DNA of 64,000 nucleotides from an uncultured Verrucomicrobiae bacterium (GTDB lineage Bacteria; Verrucomicrobiota; Verrucomicrobiia; Chthoniobacterales; JAATET01), in contig CAVRCI010000009.1 in NCBI GenBank assembly GCA_963719495.1, positions 32,001-96,000 on the forward strand, read 5' to 3'. The translations under genes were made by a program, and so were the position numbers. Below the pieces are notes generated by a model that worked only from the letters and a program-made list of their open reading frames with translations, was not told the DNA's origin and searched no databases. Of the stretch, positions 57,492 to 64,000 are shown piece by piece (position 1 is the first letter of the stretch; each line of letters begins with the position of its first letter).

Positions 57492-58157
57492 ATGTCTTCA
57501 ATTCCCCCCATCAGACTTTCCCGCCGGTCCGTCGGCTTCACCCTCGTCGAGATCCTCGTGGTCGTCTCGATTATCTCCATCCTGACCGCGCTGTCGGTCG
57601 GCGTCTTCCGCTCCGTGTTCGACCGCGCGAAGGAGACTGAGTCAATGGCCTCCCTCCGAAAGGTCGGTCACGCGATCCTGCTCTACACCACCGAAAACGA
57701 GAACCAACTCCCCGGCCCCCTCTACACATCGGTCGTCTCCCGGTTCCGCTCGTCGGACGGGAATCAGCTCGCGACCCGCATCGCGCCCTATCTCGGCTAC
57801 ACCGTCACGGATCAATGGCAGGGGATGCAGGAACTCATCCCCAACAATCGCAAGATCACGCCCGCGCAAGCGGCGCAATCCTCCATTCTCACCTTCAACG
57901 CCAATGTCAACGATTACGTCGTCGACGACGTTCCGCGCCGACCTTTCGGCTATCCAGGCAGCGAGTCCTACTCGGCCCAGCCGCTGCGCATGGTGCAGAT
58001 CACGAAGCCGGACTCCCTGTGGATCTTGAACGAAAAACCCTTCGGAACCCAAGAAGGCAAGGACGCCTACGTCGCGGGGACCGACAAGCGGATGTTCCTC
58101 TTCGCCTCCGGTCGGGTCTCGTTCGAAGCCCCGGACTTCTCGGCGCGCAACCAGTAG
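57492..58157 (+). CDS. Prepilin-type N-terminal cleavage/methylation domain protein (PVC-type pilin-like)
   Basis: 'RRSVG|FTLVEILVVVSIISILTAL', 'RAK...SLRKVG.AILLY..EN...LPG', terminal 'FLFASGRV'. Confidence 0.9.
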   Translation: MSSIPPIRLSRRSVGFTLVEILVVVSIISILTALSVGVFRSVFDRAKETESMASLRKVGHAILLYTTENENQLPGPLYTSVVSRFRSSDGNQLATRIAPYLGYTVTDQWQGMQELIPNNRKITPAQAAQSSILTFNANVNDYVVDDVPRRPFGYPGSESYSAQPLRMVQITKPDSLWILNEKPFGTQEGKDAYVAGTDKRMFLFASGRVSFEAPDFSARNQ

Positions 58158-58201
58158 CTGCCGTCGATCCGATTCCAATTTCAACTCACCACCACTTCTC
58201 C

Positions 58202-58909
58202 GTGAAAATCCTCTCCGCCGACAACTTCGCCGCCGCCCTGGTCCTCATCGCCTCCGGCGGCTCGCTCCGCGCCGTCACCGTCGACTTCGAATCCGCCGAG
58301 GGTTACGAAGTCGGGAAAACGCTCAACACCCAGCCGAGCGACTCCCGTCCCGTCTGGATCGGGCCTCCCGGGTTCGGCGAGATCGCCGGCGGCGAGGGCG
58401 TCGACGGTGGGCAGGCCGCCCGATTCGCGGAACCCGGTGGCTACGCGACCGCGTGGATGCTGCCGGAGCAACTCGGCGAGATCCCGGAGCAAGTCCGGTA
58501 TTCGTTCGCCGTGATGGTAAACGGATTGACGCCGAACTCGTTCGACGTACCGGTGCGGGTGCGCGCGGGATTGGACGGCGACGCGACGGCGCTGCGGCTA
58601 CAAATCTACGCCGGCGGGAAAATCGAATTCTTCGACGGCGACCAACCCGTGCGGGTGAAGACCGAGGACGGCGAGGATTTCTTCGTCCGCGAGGGAGTCT
58701 ACACGACGTTCACCGGAGAGATCGACTTAGCGAAGTCCACGTTCACGATTGCGGTAGACGAGGTCCCGCAGGGCGAGGCGGATGGGGCCGCGTTTCAATT
58801 CAACGTCCCGGGGGAACGTAAGGGCTTCGGGCGTTTCGAAATCACGAACAGCCAGGCGGGCGATGGGGATTTCTTCGTCGACCGGATCGAGTTCGGGGCA
58901 AAGGAATAG
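58202..58909 (+). CDS. Secreted paralog of the two PEP-CTERM proteins, lacking the anchor
   Basis: GTG start, signal peptide, 'DFESAEGYEVG', 'ALRLQIYAGGKIEFFDG', 'FTGEIDL..STFTIAVD.VPQG'. Confidence 0.8.
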   Translation: MKILSADNFAAALVLIASGGSLRAVTVDFESAEGYEVGKTLNTQPSDSRPVWIGPPGFGEIAGGEGVDGGQAARFAEPGGYATAWMLPEQLGEIPEQVRYSFAVMVNGLTPNSFDVPVRVRAGLDGDATALRLQIYAGGKIEFFDGDQPVRVKTEDGEDFFVREGVYTTFTGEIDLAKSTFTIAVDEVPQGEADGAAFQFNVPGERKGFGRFEITNSQAGDGDFFVDRIEFGAKE

Positions 58910-58961
58910 TTAAGAATCACCGGCGATTTGACAGTGAAACGGCACGGCTCTCGCGGAGATC

Positions 58962-60131
58962 ATGGGTAGCGCGAATCGGCAGACCACGAAAGTCTCGGAC
59001 GTCGCGAAGGCGGCGGGCGTTTCGGCGACGGCCGTCTACTCGCTGCTGAACGGTCGCTACTACGGCAGTGATTCGACGTCGCGGATCGGGCTTTCGGAGG
59101 ACACGCGGGAACGCATCCGCCTCGCCTGCCGGGAGGTCGGCTACGTGCCGGATGACCCGGCGACCCGCGTCCGCGTCCAGCCGGAACTCGGCGGATTCCT
59201 CATGATGCTCTGCGAGGAAGTGCGGGATCAAATTGCCAACCCCTACTTCTCGCCCATCCTCCAGGGTCTGTCGGCGCACGCGGCGAAGGACCGGCGGGGG
59301 TGTTCCTTTTGCTCCTTCGATCTCGAGACCGACTACATGTTCAACCCCGACCAGCTGCCCGACGCGGTGCGCGGGGGATTCGTTAACAAAGTCGTCATCG
59401 CCGGCGCCATCAATTACTCGCTGCTCCTGGCGCTCAACCGGGCGGCGTGCCGGATCGTCTACGCGTCGCGGGTCGTCGGCCTGCCGCACGTCCACGCGGT
59501 GGCGCCGGATTACCGCGAGGCGGCGCGGGCCGCGATGGCGCACTTCGCCGAGCTCGGGCACCGGCAGATCGCGGTGGCCATCCCGTCGTTCGTGAAGGAC
59601 GACGCATTCTACTTCCGCGAACTCACGGTCGGCTGCCGCGAGGCGTGGGCTGCTCTCGGCGGTCCCGACCCGGGGCCAACGCTCGTGCGGGACCAACGCC
59701 CCGCCGACAGCCCGCTGGAATTTTTTGATTGGATCCAGCGCAAACTCCCCGGCGTGACGGCCATTTTTTCCTTCGACGACGCGACGGCCATCAGCCTGCT
59801 CAACTCCGCCCGACGCGCCGGTGTCGACGTTCCGGGTGATCTGTCCCTCATCGGCTGCAACGACGAACTGCGGCCCTACAGCCCGCTGCCGCTGACGACC
59901 GTCCACTTCCCGATTTTGGAAATGGGCGTGCGGGCCGGTGAGTTGCTCGACCGCGCGGTGGCCGGGAGCCTGGGGCGCGAGCAACCCACCGTCGAGGTCC
60001 TGCCGGTCGAGCTTCGCGTGCGGGCGACCACCGCCGTCTGCCGGACGCCCGAGCCGGACGAAGAACCCCCGACCCCGACGCGGGCCACCCGAAACTCGAA
60101 GAACGGCAACGAGGGGCTCCGTGCGAAATAA
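58962..60131 (+). CDS. LacI family transcriptional regulator
   Basis: 'KVSDVAKAAGVSATAVYSLLN', 'LGHRQIA', 'VPGDLSLIG', 'LTTV'. Confidence 0.93.
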   Translation: MGSANRQTTKVSDVAKAAGVSATAVYSLLNGRYYGSDSTSRIGLSEDTRERIRLACREVGYVPDDPATRVRVQPELGGFLMMLCEEVRDQIANPYFSPILQGLSAHAAKDRRGCSFCSFDLETDYMFNPDQLPDAVRGGFVNKVVIAGAINYSLLLALNRAACRIVYASRVVGLPHVHAVAPDYREAARAAMAHFAELGHRQIAVAIPSFVKDDAFYFRELTVGCREAWAALGGPDPGPTLVRDQRPADSPLEFFDWIQRKLPGVTAIFSFDDATAISLLNSARRAGVDVPGDLSLIGCNDELRPYSPLPLTTVHFPILEMGVRAGELLDRAVAGSLGREQPTVEVLPVELRVRATTAVCRTPEPDEEPPTPTRATRNSKNGNEGLRAK

Positions 60132-62718
60132 TTTCCCGACCCTGTCTCTGCTCGCGCTCGCCGCCAGCTGCGCCTGCCTGCTGCCAACCCGGGCCGCCGA
60201 CCCGCCGCCCGCCGTGCCGGCGGCGGTGATCGACGCTCTGGCGGAGCCCCGCCCGCGATTGCTCATCGACCAGGCTCTGGTCGACTCGTGGCGTGCTGGC
60301 GGGCTGGATCGCGAGCCGCTCAAATCGTGGGCCGCCAAGGCGCGTCGGGAGGCCGACGAGATCCTGCGCCAGCCCGTGGTCGATTACCCGGCGGCGCCGG
60401 CGAGCATCCTGGAATCGGGCAGCCGCGTCGTGCTCGGGCGGACTTACACGCTGGCCTTCGCGTATCTGGTGACTGGCGACCGCCGCTACGCCGACCGCCT
60501 CTGGGCGGAACTCGAGCGCGCGAGCGAGCTGGAATCCTGGCGGCCCAACGCGCAATTCCTCGACACCGCCGAGATGATGCACGCCTTCGCGATCGGCTAC
60601 GATTGGCTGCACGACACGTGGACGCCCGCGCAACGGGACACGCTCCGCCGGGCGCTGGTGACGCACGGCCTCGACGCGGCGCGGGACGCCTACGACGGCA
60701 ACCTCACGAGCTACGCGGGCTGGGCCGCGAAGAACAACTGGAACTTCGTCTGCAACGCGAGCGTGATCACCGCCGTCATCGCGCTGCTCCCCGACGAGCG
60801 CGAACTCGGCGCGGACTTGATCGCCCGGGCCGTCGGCCACCTCCGCCCCGCGCTCGAATCCTTCGGCCGGGACGGCGGTTGGGACGAAGGCCCCACCTAC
60901 TGGGGCTACGCCACGCGCTACGTCGCCCTACTCCTCGAAGTGCTCGGACCCGACGCCGTCGAGCGGTTGGCGCTGCTCGACCGCGCGCCCGGTATCGCGC
61001 CGACGGGCTGGTTTCCGATTTACCTGACCGGCCCCACCGGTCGGGCGTTCGACTTCGCCGACGCGGAGGATCGCCCGACGCGAGCCACCCAATTGTTCGA
61101 TTTCGCCCGCATTTTCGACGAGCCGGCATTCGCCCGTGCGCAATTGGCCTGCGCCTCCGGGACGGTCGGCGACATCATCGCGCTCAGCGCCCTCGGCGAG
61201 ACCGAGTCCGGAGCGCGTCCGCCGCTGGACCGGCTCTTCCGCGACGTCGGCGCGGCGAGTTTCCGCAGCTCGTGGGACGATCCGAACGCGAATTTCTTCG
61301 CCATCAAGGCCGGGTCGAACGGCGCGAACCACGGCCACCTCGACCTGGGAACCTTCGTGTTCGAAGCGCTCGGGCACCGTTGGATCCACGAGGTCGAGAA
61401 GGAAAGCTACGCCGCGCCCGGCTACTTCGAGGTCGGGCCGAAGTCCCGCCGCTGGTCCTACTACCCGTCCCGGGCCGAAGGGCACAACACCCTGGTGCTC
61501 AATCCCTCGCCCGCGCCGGACCAATACTTTCGCGCGAAATCCAAGGTCGTCGCGTTCGAATCCTCGCCGGCCGACGCGTTCATCACGGTCAACCTCACCG
61601 ACGCCTACGCCCCCGCCGGCGTCCGCGTCTGGCGCGGCGCGCGGCTCACGGAGTCCCGGAATCGCCTGCTCCTGCGGGACGAAGTGCGGCTAAAACAACC
61701 GGGCGAAGTCGTCTGGTCCGTGCACGTCCGCGACCCGGTAACGATCTCCGCCGACGGACGCACGGCGACGCTCGCCTTCGAAAACAAACGCCTGCGCCTG
61801 CGGCTGACCGTATCGGCCGAGGCGAAGTTCGAGGTCCTCGACGCCGCCCCGCTCGTCCCGATCCCCGGCGTGACGCAACGCCGCAATCCCGGCCTCGAGA
61901 AGCTCGTTGTGCGCCTGCGCGACGTCACCGAAACGGCGATCTCCGTCTGGTTCGAACCCTTCGTCACGGGCGTCGACCCCGACTACGATGCGGCGACCGA
62001 CTTCGGGCCACTGGCGGATTGGACTCTGGTAAACGGCGAGCCCGCCGGACTCACCGGACTCGCCGTGGGCGGCGAAGCGGTCGGCGGATTCGATCCCGCC
62101 ATTTTTACTTATACCCTCGCGCTGAAAACACCGTCCGTCGCGGTCACGAGGACGCCCGCCAACGATGCTCTCACGGTCGCCGCTCCGGCGTCGCCGGATC
62201 TCCCGACCGCCCTCTGGGCCATCACCGACACAAAGGACGACGCGGCCGCCGCCCGCTACCGCGTCGTCCTCGAGCGGCACGTCGCCCCACCCACGACGCT
62301 GACCCCCACCCCGCCCGCCCGCGAGTTGACGGTGCTCGCGGGCGACGGCGAAACGGGCAACCCGCCCGAAGACGCCTTCGACGGACAATTGACCACGCGG
62401 TGGTCGGCGGAGGGCCGCGACTCGCCGCTCACCATCGACCTCGGCGCGCCGCGCCGCATCGACGAAGTCGGCGTCGCCTACCACCAGGGTGCCGCGCGGT
62501 GGTCGGAATTTTCCGTCGAGGCTTCCGACGACGGGACCACCTGGCAGCCGCTTCTCGGTCGGACGCGCACCTCCGGCGTCACCGAAGCCATCGAGCGCTT
62601 CCGATGCGCGAGTCCGGGTAATTTTCGGTTCGTTCGATTCACCGGGCACGGGAATTCCGTGAACGATTGGAACAGCGTGACGGAATTGGTTTTTCTCCCG
62701 CTGAACGACTCCGACTAG
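60121..62718 (+). CDS. Secreted heparinase II/III-like polysaccharide lyase with C-terminal F5/8 type C (CBM32-like) domain
   Basis: 'FLDTAEM..AFAIGYDW', 'NNWNFVCN', 'DGGWDEGPTYWGY', 'HGHLDLGTF', 'GHNTL'. C-terminus 'AFDGQLTTRWSAEG...WNSVTE'. GTG start. Confidence 0.88.
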   Translation: MRNNFPTLSLLALAASCACLLPTRAADPPPAVPAAVIDALAEPRPRLLIDQALVDSWRAGGLDREPLKSWAAKARREADEILRQPVVDYPAAPASILESGSRVVLGRTYTLAFAYLVTGDRRYADRLWAELERASELESWRPNAQFLDTAEMMHAFAIGYDWLHDTWTPAQRDTLRRALVTHGLDAARDAYDGNLTSYAGWAAKNNWNFVCNASVITAVIALLPDERELGADLIARAVGHLRPALESFGRDGGWDEGPTYWGYATRYVALLLEVLGPDAVERLALLDRAPGIAPTGWFPIYLTGPTGRAFDFADAEDRPTRATQLFDFARIFDEPAFARAQLACASGTVGDIIALSALGETESGARPPLDRLFRDVGAASFRSSWDDPNANFFAIKAGSNGANHGHLDLGTFVFEALGHRWIHEVEKESYAAPGYFEVGPKSRRWSYYPSRAEGHNTLVLNPSPAPDQYFRAKSKVVAFESSPADAFITVNLTDAYAPAGVRVWRGARLTESRNRLLLRDEVRLKQPGEVVWSVHVRDPVTISADGRTATLAFENKRLRLRLTVSAEAKFEVLDAAPLVPIPGVTQRRNPGLEKLVVRLRDVTETAISVWFEPFVTGVDPDYDAATDFGPLADWTLVNGEPAGLTGLAVGGEAVGGFDPAIFTYTLALKTPSVAVTRTPANDALTVAAPASPDLPTALWAITDTKDDAAAARYRVVLERHVAPPTTLTPTPPARELTVLAGDGETGNPPEDAFDGQLTTRWSAEGRDSPLTIDLGAPRRIDEVGVAYHQGAARWSEFSVEASDDGTTWQPLLGRTRTSGVTEAIERFRCASPGNFRFVRFTGHGNSVNDWNSVTELVFLPLNDSD

Positions 62719-62745
62719 CGGCCTTCCGGTTTTGTCCCTGGCCTC

Positions 62746-63120
62746 ATGAAGACTCCCCTTCACCCAACCCGCGTGGCAGGACGACGCGGTCTTCTACGAA
62801 ATCTACCCGCAGAGTTTCTCCGATCCGAACGGCGACGGGATCGGCGATCTGCCGGTCGACCATCCCGACGTCCAGGCAGGCCACGCACCGGGAACTGCGC
62901 CGCATCGTGACCTACTGGATCGACCAGGGAGCCGATGGATTCCGCGTCCACATGGCCGCGTCGCTCTATCAAGTCCGACGACTCGCGGGAAGCCATCGGC
63001 GGCTTCGGGCAGTCGGTGCGGGGTTGGTCCGACGAGACCTATCCCGAAGCCGTGCTTGTCGTTGAATGGTCGCTGCCGGAGGTCGCGTTGCGGGCCGGGT
63101 TCCACGTGCCGCCCGTAAGT
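62746..63120 (+). pseudogene. GH13 alpha-amylase/alpha-glucosidase family remnant with large internal deletions
   Basis: 'W..DAVFYEIYPQSF.D.NGDGIGDL' is joined almost directly to 'YWIDQGADGFRV.MA', with frameshifts. Confidence 0.8.
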
Positions 63121-63174
63121 TTTACCGTCTTCCGATCTCGCTGAGGGCCGCCAGCGCGACGACGACGACTGCAC

Positions 63175-63384
63175 GCCGGAGGCTCGTTTGCGGAATTTGA
63201 GGGGCGTCTTTCCGTTGGCGGACCGGAACCGATGGTGAAAGTGGCTTGGGCTGTCGAACCCGCATTCGAGCGCGATCTCGTGGATGCTCATCCGCGTCGT
63301 CTCGAGCAATCGGCCGGCGTCGCGGATGCGCTCGAGCGTCAGCCATTGCGGACGGGCAGGTGGAGGACCAACGCAATTTCTCAC
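63175..63384 (-). pseudogene. AraC C-terminal HTH remnant
   Basis: 'ERIRDAGRLLETTRMSIHEIALECGFDSPSHFHHRFR...G.TP..FR' without an N-terminal domain. Confidence 0.75.
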
Positions 63385-63567
63385 CGAGCCATCAACCCAG
63401 CGCAGGTCTCCCCGCGGATCGAGAAATTTCGATTCCGGTGCAGCCGTGACCCGATCCTTCGCAACCAAATGCGCCCCGGTCGGCTTCACGCTTTAAATCC
63501 CGCCCCCTCACAACAACGCTCCCCTTCCAGCCGTTCCGCCAATCCACCCAGGACCACCACCGAGCCG

Positions 63568-63792
63568 ATCAGCCGCTACCTCGACGCCGCCATTCTTACG
63601 CCGGAGACGCCTCGCGACCGAGCGGTGGAGGCTCTGGAAACCCGCATCGGGTTCGGAGTTTACAGCGTCTGCGTGCGCTCCTGCGACCTCGAGATCGCCA
63701 CGGATCTCCGCGCCAGCGCCGACACCGGCGACACCGGCGGCTGCGCCGGGGTTTTGCCGGGGAGGATATCCTTCTCCACGCCGGACCTCTGA
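63568..63792 (+). pseudogene. Deoxyribose-phosphate aldolase (DeoC)-like N-terminal remnant
   Basis: 'ISRYLDAAILTP', 'SVCVRSCD' resemble the DeoC N-terminus. No start codon and an early stop. Confidence 0.55.
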
Positions 63793-64000
63793 CCGGCGAT
63801 GCGAAATTCACGTTCGCGGTCACCGAGACCCCGACGTCCGCTCCGTCCGTGACCAAACGGATGCTCGCTCTGCTGCATTCGCCGCGGATGGATTCGCACT
63901 TTGCCCGGCCGCTCCACGACAACGCCGAAGCGATCCTGGTAGACATCCGCAATCTGCGAACATACGTCGTTGATCTCAAGCCGGTGGAGCCGCGCTACCT

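Noticed and set aside
62803..63489. 228-aa ORF as an intact AraC regulator
   Set aside because: Only about 70 central residues are AraC-like. The rest is antisense to the GH13 remnant.

Overview
High-GC bacterial chromosome segment. It is most likely Verrucomicrobiota (Spartobacteria/Chthoniobacterales-like), inferred from PEP-CTERM proteins, a PVC-type prepilin-like gene and the rpoZ-smpB pairing. 1-8 kb holds a DUF4412-like gene, a 1903-aa TPR protein, a LysM/TPR lipoprotein, an SMR transporter and REP-like repeats. 8.4-21.2 kb is an intact minus-strand core cluster, rplK-rplA-rplJ-rplL-rpoB-rpoC-rpsB-tsf-rpoZ-smpB, with no nusG upstream. 21.3-26.7 kb contains an HUH/Y1 (RAYT-like) transposase bounded by a perfect 16-bp inverted repeat whose ends are expanded into tandem GGGGTCA/TGACCCC arrays. 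Both neighbouring genes are cut at the arrays, and a non-coding element with the same end motif lies about 3 kb away. 26.7-45 kb carries transporters, secreted proteins (two share a basic C-terminal domain), an SSS-fold transporter fused to a hotdog thioesterase, a GH75-like lipoprotein and suhB-ispF-Uma2-cysS. 45-64 kb is a glycan-utilisation region (AraC/LacI regulators, Gfo/Idh/MocA pair, sialate O-acetylesterase, SSS transporter, paralogous PEP-CTERM proteins, prepilin-like protein, heparinase II/III-like lyase) interleaved with many deleted gene remnants. No rRNA, tRNA, tmRNA or CRISPR array was recognised. All family calls come from motif recognition by eye, not database searches.
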